Of a stretch of DNA of 64,000 nucleotides, positions 19,340-28,366 are shown in pieces. Origin of the DNA: Formosa sp. (lineage in GTDB: Bacteria; Bacteroidota; Bacteroidia; Flavobacteriales; Flavobacteriaceae); NCBI GenBank assembly GCA_002684355.1, contig NYVA01000029.1, forward strand, positions 75,244 through 139,243. The letters are read 5' to 3'. The translations under genes and the position numbers were made by a program. The notes under the pieces are model-generated. The model saw only the letters and a program-made list of their open reading frames with translations, searched no databases and had not been told where the DNA came from. Numbering within the stretch: position 1 is the first letter of the stretch; each line of letters opens with the position of its first letter.

Positions 19340-20191
19340 ATGAAATCACCTATTAAACTTTTTCTGTGTCTGTTGTTTTTCAACCACTGTTTAAATGCTC
19401 AAACCGATTTATTAGAGGCCATTGATTACCAAGATAGCAGTCAAGGGGTCTCTGCTGCGTTTAAGAGCTTGAAAGTTGTCAATTTTGAGTCTACCAAACT
19501 CGTTTCGGCAAAAGAACTTTCTTTTTCGGTTTCCCATAGGTTTGGAAGTATCAAATATGGTTTTGATAATTTCTTTGGTTTAGACGATGCGGTAACTCGA
19601 TTAAATTTTATTTATGGTTTAAATTCTTTCTCCAATATTAGTTTTTCAAGAACCTCATACAAGAAAACTTTTGATTTAGGGTTTAAATCCAGGTTGATTA
19701 AACAGTCCGAGAATTTTCCTTTCACATTGGTCTATTATTGTTCTATTACTTTGGATTCTTCTCTAGAGAAAGAGCTCTATCCAACACTATCCTTTAGCAA
19801 CCGCATGGGCTATTTCAACCAGCTTATAATTTCTAAAAAATTCAACAATGCGTTGTCCTTGCTTTTTTCACCTACAATTTTTCATGAAAATACAGTTGTT
19901 TTTGACCAACAAGAAAATACCCAGTACGCGCTCAGTCTTGGGGGTCGATATAAAGTTTCCAAACGTACCTCCATCAACATAGATTATGGCTATCATTTCA
20001 ATAGAGCAGATGCTTCAATTTTCAATAATCCTCTTGGAATAGGAGTCGATATTGAAACGGGTGGTCATGTTTTCCAACTATTATTTTCTAACTCACAACC
20101 CATGAATTCCATCAACGCCATGACCGCTGCTGCTGGAGACTGGTCAGATGGAGATGTTTACTTTGGTTTCAATTTATTTAGAACATTTTAA
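19340..20191 (+). CDS. DUF5777 outer-membrane beta-barrel protein (start likely 19340)
   Basis: AFKSLKVVNFES, SHRFG, FFGLD, GVDIETGGHVFQLLFSN, C-terminal FGFNLFRTF beta-signal. Confidence 0.82.
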   Translation: MKSPIKLFLCLLFFNHCLNAQTDLLEAIDYQDSSQGVSAAFKSLKVVNFESTKLVSAKELSFSVSHRFGSIKYGFDNFFGLDDAVTRLNFIYGLNSFSNISFSRTSYKKTFDLGFKSRLIKQSENFPFTLVYYCSITLDSSLEKELYPTLSFSNRMGYFNQLIISKKFNNALSLLFSPTIFHENTVVFDQQENTQYALSLGGRYKVSKRTSINIDYGYHFNRADASIFNNPLGIGVDIETGGHVFQLLFSNSQPMNSINAMTAAAGDWSDGDVYFGFNLFRTF

Positions 20192-20197
20192 GGATTT

Positions 20198-20713
20198 TCA
20201 AGCGGTTCTTAAAAAGGTTTTTCGACTCAGTAAATAACATAAAATCATCACTCCAGTGTAGAAAAAATCTCCCATCAGAGAATTTTTAAAGAAAGGGATT
20301 GCCATTGTATAGCATGTTGCCAAGCCTGTCCACGTTTTGGGGTAACCACCAAGTATCCAAACGCCAAAATTGGTAATTATAAAGAAACTGATGCTACTCA
20401 ATAGAATGCAGGGCACGATTTTAAAAATTTTAGGATTCTTAGAAAAGGTTCCAATGAAACTGACCATCACAAAGGCGCCATATACAAAATAAGAAATACT
20501 TGAAAATCCTAAAAATAAATCTGAAAGCATCATGATACCAATAGGAAGTGCATAAACAAGAAGTTTATTTGTCACATAAAACCCGCTGAACAGTGCAATG
20601 GCAGTGACCGGCGCAAAGTTTGGTGGATGTGGAATCAGCCTTGAAATAGCTGCCAAAACCATAATAAGTGCTATAACAAAGTGTTTTTTATTCATTTTTG
20701 GCGGTTCATTCAA
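20198..20713 (-). CDS. DUF6580 family putative transport membrane protein
   Basis: RLIPHPPNFAPVTAIALF, FFIITNFGVW, CYTMAIPFF motifs. Confidence 0.8.
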   Translation of the reverse strand: MNEPPKMNKKHFVIALIMVLAAISRLIPHPPNFAPVTAIALFSGFYVTNKLLVYALPIGIMMLSDLFLGFSSISYFVYGAFVMVSFIGTFSKNPKIFKIVPCILLSSISFFIITNFGVWILGGYPKTWTGLATCYTMAIPFFKNSLMGDFFYTGVMILCYLLSRKTFLRTA

Positions 20714-22118
20714 TATACATTAAAGTCTCCAAAGGGTTCAAAGCGTTTAAACCTGTTGGAGGTGCTTCGTTTTCTGATGGGAAAGCCAATCTATTGCTGC
20801 CTTGAATATCTTGTATAGCGGCCTTTAACAGCGGCTCTTCTACATCACCAATCGTTCCGTAGTAGGCAGGGCGCTCTAATAAATTAACAGTTGGTACAAT
20901 TCCAGAGGGCGGTACTGTTTCATCATTTTTATTCACGGTGATGGCTATTAATGGAAGCAGGGCATAAGTATGGCCTGGATTTGCATTTTCTCGACCCAAA
21001 TTTGGTGAATCATATACAATTTGAGACGCTTGGGACTTGCCCACGGTTTGACCTCCAATTTGAACAACTTCTATATATGACTTTAAGCTATTAACCATCA
21101 TTTCACTTGCTGAAGCTGAACGGTTTGAAGTAAGAATGTAAACCTTGTCTAGGTTCAAGCTGTTTATGATTTCCTCATTGCTGAGTGTGTTGGTGAAATT
21201 GTAATCAAAATTATTACTTTCCAAAGTCTCATTATACTTTAGAGTTGTAAAAACTTGATTTTGAAACTGCCCAGTGATCATACTTCCCAAAGCGGCTGCT
21301 GTTTGAACGCTTCCGCCAGAGTTGTACCTCAAGTCCAATACCAAGTGATCAATACTTTGAGATTTAAAATCACCAAATATCACATTTAGTTCGCTGTCAA
21401 ATTCATTCACAAAACTGTTGTACATCAAATAGCCTACTTTTTCAGCATTTATATCAATTACTGTTGCATTGAAGATAGGATTCTCTTCATAGCCTTCTTT
21501 CACAATAGTAACAGTCTGATTACCATCAATGATTAAATCATCTGAAATGGTTTCTGTATTGTTGTCATCATAAGTCGCCAAGCCTAAGCTATAGCTATTG
21601 TTGGCCAACAAAGATGATAAGTTAGAGGAGTCCAGGGAAATATCGTTAATTTTATTAAAGACTTGTCCACGAGAAAGATTGGCGGAACTCGCACTACTGT
21701 TTGGGTGAACCAATCGCACCACCCCAAAAACCGATGTAGTGCTTCCTGGAACCAAATAAAAATTAAATTCGGCACCATTATTCAAAGTAACACCACTCAA
21801 TTGCTGTTCCAATTCAAAATAGTTGCTCGTGATGAAGCTAAAGCGATCTACATTTTCACGGTCGTATATCAAAGCTTCAAACAAGTTCTCGGGAGTTTCG
21901 TTGCTGTCTAAGTAATTTTGGTAATCAGCGTTTGTTGCAAAGCGGTCATTTGAAAGATCATTTACATTAGATTTGTATAGATACACCACATTCATAGCTT
22001 TCCATACAAAATCTTTGATGCTTGTGCCTGCTGTAACATTATCGTCTCCGTCCTCAAAACAACTGGAGGTAAAAACCATCAGGATTACAAGTGCGATACA
22101 TTTAAATTTTGTTTTCAT
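20706..22118 (-). CDS. S41 family peptidase lipoprotein (PDZ plus tail-specific protease)
   Basis: Lipobox TSSC followed by acidic FEDGDD; LDLRYNSGG, SASASE, GGQTVGK. Confidence 0.88.
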   Translation of the reverse strand: MKTKFKCIALVILMVFTSSCFEDGDDNVTAGTSIKDFVWKAMNVVYLYKSNVNDLSNDRFATNADYQNYLDSNETPENLFEALIYDRENVDRFSFITSNYFELEQQLSGVTLNNGAEFNFYLVPGSTTSVFGVVRLVHPNSSASSANLSRGQVFNKINDISLDSSNLSSLLANNSYSLGLATYDDNNTETISDDLIIDGNQTVTIVKEGYEENPIFNATVIDINAEKVGYLMYNSFVNEFDSELNVIFGDFKSQSIDHLVLDLRYNSGGSVQTAAALGSMITGQFQNQVFTTLKYNETLESNNFDYNFTNTLSNEEIINSLNLDKVYILTSNRSASASEMMVNSLKSYIEVVQIGGQTVGKSQASQIVYDSPNLGRENANPGHTYALLPLIAITVNKNDETVPPSGIVPTVNLLERPAYYGTIGDVEEPLLKAAIQDIQGSNRLAFPSENEAPPTGLNALNPLETLMYIE

Positions 22119-22218
22119 AAAAAGTAGGATTTTATTTAAATATTCAACGCTTAAACGTAGCGTTTAAGCGTTTACAATTTACTGTTATTTATTTTAATTT
22201 ATAAATATTTTTTAGTCT

Positions 22219-22247
22219 TGTAACAATCCAAGTCTTAATTCGTCTTA
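22219..22247 (+). promoter_or_regulatory. Putative autoregulatory ECF promoter TGTAAC-N16-CGTCTTA
   Basis: AAC/CGT ECF-type elements 17 nt upstream of the ECF sigma ATG. Confidence 0.6.
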
Positions 22248-22264
22248 AATTTATAGTTAATTCA

Positions 22265-22783
22265 ATGAGCGAAAGTGAGTATTTAGCGTTTGTTAGCCCT
22301 ATCACAGATAAAATATTTCGATTTTCGAAACGTTTTTTGGTTTCAAGTGAAGAGGCAGAGGATGCGACACAAGATGTTCTTTTAAAATTATGGAAAAGTC
22401 GAAAACGTTTGAGTGATTATAATAATCCTGAGGCTTTTGCAATGACGATCACAAAAAACCATTGTTTGGACAGATTAAGATCTAGACAGGCTCAAAATTT
22501 GAGAATTACTCATGAAAATTACCACAATAGCAAAGCGGCCTCGTTACAAACAAAAATAGAAACCAGCGACAGCATTAGTTTAATTGAGAAGTTGATAAAC
22601 ATTTTACCAGAAAAACAGCAATTAATTGTGCAATTAAGAGATGTTGAATGTTATGATTTTAAGGAAATATCTAAAATATTAGACATGAAAGAAACTGCTA
22701 TAAGAGTGGCACTTTCAAGAGCCAGAAAAACATTAAAGACTCAATTAAATCAATTACATAATCATGGTATTAAGAAAAATTGA
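22265..22783 (+). CDS. ECF RNA polymerase sigma factor
   Basis: EAEDATQDVLLKLW (region 2), KNHCLDRLR, FKEISKIL...RVALSRARKTL (region 4). Confidence 0.92.
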   Translation: MSESEYLAFVSPITDKIFRFSKRFLVSSEEAEDATQDVLLKLWKSRKRLSDYNNPEAFAMTITKNHCLDRLRSRQAQNLRITHENYHNSKAASLQTKIETSDSISLIEKLINILPEKQQLIVQLRDVECYDFKEISKILDMKETAIRVALSRARKTLKTQLNQLHNHGIKKN

Positions 22784-23252
22784 AAATTTATTAAAAAAAT
22801 ACGAATTGGGTGAAACCAATTTAAATGAAGAAGCAGAATTAAAAACGTTTTTTCAAAAATCAGAAATACCTGATCATTTAAAAGTATATAAACAACTGTT
22901 CAATAGTTTTTCAACCGCAGGCTTGGACACCTACAAAAAGAAAATTTTGATTCCTAAAAAAAATCATAAAATTCAATGGTTTTCAATGGCCGCTGCCGCT
23001 GCTTTAATCCTAGGAATTTTCTTGGGAACGAATTTTAATAATGGGACCAAAGAGCTCACAAATGAAAATCTTTTAACTTATAATCAAACCAAATCGGCAA
23101 TTGAAATGTTATCCAGAAACATAAACAAAGGAACTTCAAAACTTAAAACTTTGCAAATAATCTCAAATTCCTATGGTAAAGGAAAACAAAATCTAACTAT
23201 TTTAAATAACTTTAACACATCAACCCACAAAATTTTTAAACTTAAAAATTAA
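22764..23252 (+). CDS. Putative single-TM anti-sigma factor
   Basis: Overlaps the ECF gene; IENLLKKYELGETNLNEEAEL cytoplasmic N-terminus, central TM helix. Confidence 0.65.
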   Translation: MVLRKIENLLKKYELGETNLNEEAELKTFFQKSEIPDHLKVYKQLFNSFSTAGLDTYKKKILIPKKNHKIQWFSMAAAAALILGIFLGTNFNNGTKELTNENLLTYNQTKSAIEMLSRNINKGTSKLKTLQIISNSYGKGKQNLTILNNFNTSTHKIFKLKN

Positions 23253-23263
23253 AAAACACAATA

Positions 23264-23788
23264 ATGAAAAATTTTTTCACAATATTATCTCTAGTCTCAA
23301 CCTCTTTAGTTTTCACACAAAGCCTTTTTGAAAAATATGAGGATATGGACAATGTAAGTTCGGTAGTCGTCAATCAAAAAATGTTTGGGATGTTAGCAGA
23401 AATGAAAGTTAAAACCAACGACCCGGAAGCAGATGCTTTTTTAGATCAAATTAAAACGCTCAATAATTTAACCGTCTTCACTACTAAAGACACATCGGTT
23501 TCTAATGCAATTAGTGCCGACGTAAACACCTATGTCAAAGCTTCAAAATTAGAGGAGCTGATGCGTGTTAAAGACGGCGATCAAAACATCAAATTTTATG
23601 TACAATCGGGGCGTGACGAATTCCATGTTTCAGAACTATTGATGTTGGTTCGTGGTACGGAAAGTTCTGATGAAACTGTTTTACTTTCGTTGAATGGCGA
23701 TATTGATTTGCGAACTTTAGCTGTTTTGACCGAGCAGTTAAATGTTCCTGGAGGAAAACAACTTGAAAACGCATCTAAGACAGAATGA
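23264..23788 (+). CDS. DUF4252 domain exported protein
   Basis: Signal peptide; FEKYED...VVVNQKMF, EELMRVKD, SLNGDID. Confidence 0.75.
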   Translation: MKNFFTILSLVSTSLVFTQSLFEKYEDMDNVSSVVVNQKMFGMLAEMKVKTNDPEADAFLDQIKTLNNLTVFTTKDTSVSNAISADVNTYVKASKLEELMRVKDGDQNIKFYVQSGRDEFHVSELLMLVRGTESSDETVLLSLNGDIDLRTLAVLTEQLNVPGGKQLENASKTE

Positions 23789-24342
23789 AATTATTTTTTT
23801 TAAAGCCCCTGTATTTTACACTTATTTGCTTACTTTTTTTAAGTTGTAATTCTGAACCCAGCCTTCAAACCTATTATGTAGACCATCAGGAAGCATCCGG
23901 TTTTATTGCTATGGACTTTCCCGTATCTTTTTTAGATATTGATATAAATGATATAACCGAGTCTGAACAAAAAGCCATTAATTCTATTCAGAAGTTTAAT
24001 ATGCTTGGTTATAGTTTAAAGTCAGGAAGTGATATTGTTTATAAAGCTGAACTTAATTTTGTAAAACAATTGCTCAAGGAAGTCAAGTACAATGAATTGT
24101 TTCGTCTTGGAAACTCTAAGGATGGTAGAATTAAAATTTACACTGTTGGTGAAGATCATAACATGGATGAAGTTGTTATTTTAATCAACTCTAACCAAGT
24201 TGGCTTTGCCGTCATTCGTGTTTTAGGTAAGGATATGAATCTTTCCGAAATAATGCAACTTGGGCCCCTCATAGAAAAACTAGACCTTGACTATAAGAAC
24301 GTAGATAGCTTTTTTAACTTTATGAAGCCATCGGCTTTGTAG
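23785..24342 (+). CDS. DUF4252 domain lipoprotein
   Basis: Lipobox FLSC, SLQTYYVD, FAVIRVLG. Confidence 0.72.
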   Translation: MKLFFLKPLYFTLICLLFLSCNSEPSLQTYYVDHQEASGFIAMDFPVSFLDIDINDITESEQKAINSIQKFNMLGYSLKSGSDIVYKAELNFVKQLLKEVKYNELFRLGNSKDGRIKIYTVGEDHNMDEVVILINSNQVGFAVIRVLGKDMNLSEIMQLGPLIEKLDLDYKNVDSFFNFMKPSAL

Positions 24343-24345
24343 AAA

Positions 24346-25689
24346 TTAAATTCCAGTATAGTTTGATGGGCTGATGTTTTTCAATTCAGCTTTAATGCTG
24401 TCACTAACCTTTAAACCGTCAATAAAATCAGCGATGGACTCTGCATTTATCTCCGCATTGGTACGCGTCAATCCTTTGAGTGCTTCGTAGGGATTTGGAT
24501 AGCCTTCTCTTCTGAGAACTGTTTGAATGGCTTCAGCAACGACTGCCCAGTTTTGATTTAAATCTTGGGCTATTTTAGTCTCGTTTAGCAGCAGTTTATG
24601 AAGTCCTTTTAAGGTCGAATTAAAGGCAATTATTGTGTGGGCATAAGGGACCCCCACATTTCTTAAAACAGTACTGTCCGTCAAATCGCGTTGTAACCTT
24701 GATATGGGAAGTTTGGCCGAGAGGTGTTCAAAAATTGCATTGGCAATCCCAAGATTTCCCTCACTGTTTTCAAAATCAATAGGATTTACTTTATGCGGCA
24801 TCGCAGAACTACCAACTTCTCCTTTTTTGATTTTTTGTTTAAAATAATCCATGGAGATATAGGTCCAAAAATCACGATCCATATCAATCAAGATTGAATT
24901 GATGCGTTTCATTGCATCAAAAAGCGCTGCCATATGGTCATAATGCTCAATTTGAGTGGTAGGGAAGGAGTGCTGCAGCCCAAGCGTTTCGTTCAGCAAT
25001 TTGTTTGCAAATAACTTCCAGTCAACATTAGGGTATGCCAAATGATGTGCATTGAAATTTCCGGTAGCGCCCCCAAACTTAGCGGCATAGGGGATGCTTT
25101 TTAAAATGTCTAATTGCGCTTCTAAGCGCACTTTGAATACCGCTATTTCTTTTCCTAAGCGGGTAGGAGAAGCCGGTTGTCCGTGGGTCCTGGCCAACAT
25201 AGGAATGGAAGCCCAGTCTTTAGAGAATTTATCCAAGGTCTCAATAAGTGTTAACAATTGAGGGATGTATATTTGTTCATTGGCAAGTTTAATACTCAAT
25301 GGAATGGCGGTGTTGTTGATGTCTTGTGAGGTCAATCCAAAATGAATAAATTCTTTGTAACGACTGATATTGAGCTGGTCAAATTTGTCTTTGATGAAAT
25401 ATTCTACCGCTTTTACGTCGTGATTGGTAGTTTGTTCAATTTGCTTTATAGCTTTTGCATCTTCTGTTGAAAACTCTTTATAAATGGCTCTTAAACTTTC
25501 AAACAAATTTGAATCAAAATCAGCCAACTGCTTCAATGGATGCTCACAAAGTGCAATGAAATATTCCACTTCTACAAGTACTCTGTATTTAATGAGCGCT
25601 TCTTCTGAAAAAAAAGCAGCAAGTTCTAGTGTTTTAGATCTGTAGCGACCATCGATGGGTGAAATAGCATTCAGCGGCGTTAATGACAT
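24346..25689 (-). CDS. purB: Adenylosuccinate lyase
   Basis: ISPIDGRY, ARTHGQPA, GSSAMPHKVNPIDFENSEGN. Confidence 0.97.
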   Translation of the reverse strand: MSLTPLNAISPIDGRYRSKTLELAAFFSEEALIKYRVLVEVEYFIALCEHPLKQLADFDSNLFESLRAIYKEFSTEDAKAIKQIEQTTNHDVKAVEYFIKDKFDQLNISRYKEFIHFGLTSQDINNTAIPLSIKLANEQIYIPQLLTLIETLDKFSKDWASIPMLARTHGQPASPTRLGKEIAVFKVRLEAQLDILKSIPYAAKFGGATGNFNAHHLAYPNVDWKLFANKLLNETLGLQHSFPTTQIEHYDHMAALFDAMKRINSILIDMDRDFWTYISMDYFKQKIKKGEVGSSAMPHKVNPIDFENSEGNLGIANAIFEHLSAKLPISRLQRDLTDSTVLRNVGVPYAHTIIAFNSTLKGLHKLLLNETKIAQDLNQNWAVVAEAIQTVLRREGYPNPYEALKGLTRTNAEINAESIADFIDGLKVSDSIKAELKNISPSNYTGI

Positions 25690-25793
25690 TTGCTCTCAGT
25701 TTAAGACGCAAAGATATCACTTTTAATGAGAAGATTTTCATTTCAAGCCAAGATGCGCCGATTAATTTCTATTTTTGAATTGATATTTTACAT

Positions 25794-27038
25794 ATGCAGC
25801 AGCAAAAAATCGTATTTTGTATAGGCTTTGTTTACCCCGAACCCAGTTCTTCTGCGGCTGGGGCCCGTATTTTACAATTGTTGAAATTGTTTATTGATGC
25901 CGATTACAAAATTATTTTTGGCACTACTGCCAGCCTTTCAGTACATTCTTTTGATCTGAATACACTAGGAATTGAGGTTAAATCACTAAAGCTTAATGAC
26001 TCAAGTTTTGATGAATATATTTTTGCGTTAAACCCATCTGTTGTTCTCTTTGACCGCTTTATGACTGAAGAACAATTTGGTTGGCGCGTTGCGAAATGCT
26101 GTCCTGATGCGCTTAGAGTTTTAGATACAGAAGATCTTCATTTTTTGAGAAAGGCACGTGGGGAAAATTTAGATTCTACGGTACGTTTCTCTAAAACGTT
26201 TTTGAAATCTGATGTTGCCAAACGCGAAATTGCAAGTATCTACCGCTCAGATCTATCGCTCATTATTTCTGAAGTTGAATTTAAAATTCTCACTCAAGAA
26301 CTTGGCATTGATGCTTCGCTATTGTTTTACATCCCTTTTGTTTTACATCCCACTGAAATTCAAAACCCAAAGGATTTTTCGGGCTATGAGACTCGAAAAA
26401 ATTTCGTTTTTTTAGGAAATTTTATACACCCTCCTAATGTTCAGGCTGTTCAGTATTTAAAACACAAAATTTGGCCTTTACTAAGTCAAAAATTACCAGA
26501 AGCTCAGCTCCATATTTATGGCGCCTATGCAAAGCCACAACATTTGACACTTGAAGATCAAAAAAATAATTTTTATGTTTATGGACGCGCAGAAGATATA
26601 GATTCACTCTTAAGTTCTTACCGTCTTTTATTAGCACCGCTTCAATTTGGAGCAGGTCTCAAAGGAAAAGTATTAGATGCCATGCGAAATGGAACGCCAT
26701 GCGGGCTTTCCACTGTTGCTGCAGAAGGCCTTTTTGGCACACTTCCTTCTAATGGATTTATTGAAGATGATCTACAAAACTTTGTATTCAAGTCTTTGCA
26801 GTTGTATAACGAAAAAGACATCTGGGAGACTGCCCAAAATGATGGATTTAATGTTCTTTTAAAGCGCTTTTCTCGATCTGAATTTGAATCTCTTTTTTTA
26901 GCCAAAATAGACCAGCTATTTAAGCAGCTAGATAATCACCGTTTAAAAAATATAACAGGACTTTTGCTTCAACACCATAGCTTACAATCTACAAAGTACT
27001 TATCCAAGTGGATTGAAGCCAAAAACAAAAGGACTTAA
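25794..27038 (+). CDS. GT-B (family 4-like) glycosyltransferase
   Basis: PEPSSSAAG, DRFMTEEQFG, LDTEDLH, PLQFGAGLKGK. Confidence 0.8.
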   Translation: MQQQKIVFCIGFVYPEPSSSAAGARILQLLKLFIDADYKIIFGTTASLSVHSFDLNTLGIEVKSLKLNDSSFDEYIFALNPSVVLFDRFMTEEQFGWRVAKCCPDALRVLDTEDLHFLRKARGENLDSTVRFSKTFLKSDVAKREIASIYRSDLSLIISEVEFKILTQELGIDASLLFYIPFVLHPTEIQNPKDFSGYETRKNFVFLGNFIHPPNVQAVQYLKHKIWPLLSQKLPEAQLHIYGAYAKPQHLTLEDQKNNFYVYGRAEDIDSLLSSYRLLLAPLQFGAGLKGKVLDAMRNGTPCGLSTVAAEGLFGTLPSNGFIEDDLQNFVFKSLQLYNEKDIWETAQNDGFNVLLKRFSRSEFESLFLAKIDQLFKQLDNHRLKNITGLLLQHHSLQSTKYLSKWIEAKNKRT

Positions 27039-27112
27039 TTTAATAAAAAATGGACACGCAGTTTTTTAGTCACTTTGTATGTTCATTTTTAACTTAACAA
27101 GTCAAGTTATTA

Positions 27113-27364
27113 CTAGACTATCTTATTAGATAATATATTAATTTAAAATAGAATAATGAACGCAGCGATAGCTGGTGTCAAAACTGCACCGATCCAGCCG
27201 TCACCAAGGCTAATTCCAAACCTGCCAAGCGACCAGTTTTCTACAAAACTTCTTGCAATACCAATGAAGATATTTCCAAAAAGCCCTAAGCCTGTTCCTT
27301 TAAATATTAGGCTGCCAAGCCATGCCTCTATGGCACCTGTAATGATTGTACTTATAATTCCCAT
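27113..27364 (-). pseudogene. GlsB/YeaQ/YmgE (transglycosylase-associated) membrane protein, probably decaying
   Basis: Family pattern GLGLFGNIFIG retained, but charged residues at Gly positions in TM segments (AIEAW, IARSFVENW) and an in-frame TAA at 27143-27145 followed by INILSNKIV-stop. Confidence 0.55.
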
Positions 27365-27511
27365 TGTATGAATTGTTGGTTATTAAAAATTGTAAATAAC
27401 AATCCCAAGATAAAGATGCAAGAATAAATTTGATGAAATAGCAAATAATGTTCATTTTGGGGCATGTAGTATTACTTTACGAAAATTTACCAAACAACAA
27501 ACTTTATAAAA

Positions 27512-28282
27512 CTAATTTCGTTCGCGACTTAAAATTTTATATTGCTCGTAACATTCACTAATCGCGTCCAGAATTTGAAGGTCATTTGCTGTTTTTATAA
27601 AGTCATCCGAATAGTTACATTCACTTATAAGAAGATCTAGATCGATCTTGTCAACCTTTAGAAGAGCAGTTAACATCTCTCTATCAAAACGAGACGAGAG
27701 AATGTTACGGATTTCGTCTTGTTGTTTCATTTTTCGAAGTTTTCGCATTTCGCGAGGCTTCTTACCAAAGACATTGTGTAAAAAATCTGCTGGGTTAAAA
27801 ATAGCGCCCAAAACCTTTGTAACCATGCTGGGAGTTCTAGGACTAGATTCATAGCCCGAATTTAAACCAGAAATACTGTAACGTATATTTTTCTGTATCG
27901 GAATTTGCTTGATATCAATTTCTAGATAACCTGTGAGCTTGAGCTTATTAATGGTTACCTCTTCTAATGCGAAAGCAAGTTCAGTAAGTTTAATAGTGGT
28001 TTGATTGCCAAAATTAACCCAGTCGTTTGTGACACGAACCTTAATGGATTTATAACCCAAAAATGAAAGATGAAGTGTGTCATTTACCTTCGCTTGAATC
28101 TCAAACGCCCCTTCTTGATTGGTCGCAGTTCCAAAAACTTGATTGAGATTTACAATATTGACATTTTCCATGGGCTTATCGTCGGAAGCATCAACAATTT
28201 TACCCCTCACAAGCTCCTTTTGTTGCGCCACTAACTGTTGTGGTAAAACAAATAATAAAATGATTAGCAGAAGGTGTTTCAT
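27512..28282 (-). CDS. Carboxypeptidase regulatory-like domain exported protein
   Basis: Signal peptide; VRGKIVD...GTATNQEGAFEI...LSFLGYK...LEEVTI. Confidence 0.75.
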   Translation of the reverse strand: MKHLLLIILLFVLPQQLVAQQKELVRGKIVDASDDKPMENVNIVNLNQVFGTATNQEGAFEIQAKVNDTLHLSFLGYKSIKVRVTNDWVNFGNQTTIKLTELAFALEEVTINKLKLTGYLEIDIKQIPIQKNIRYSISGLNSGYESSPRTPSMVTKVLGAIFNPADFLHNVFGKKPREMRKLRKMKQQDEIRNILSSRFDREMLTALLKVDKIDLDLLISECNYSDDFIKTANDLQILDAISECYEQYKILSRERN

Positions 28283-28366
28283 GGAAAAAATGCTTCTATA
28301 AAAATACTAAACAAAGCTTAAATACCCAATGTCTAATTAAATTTTATTTGAATATTAATATAGTGG

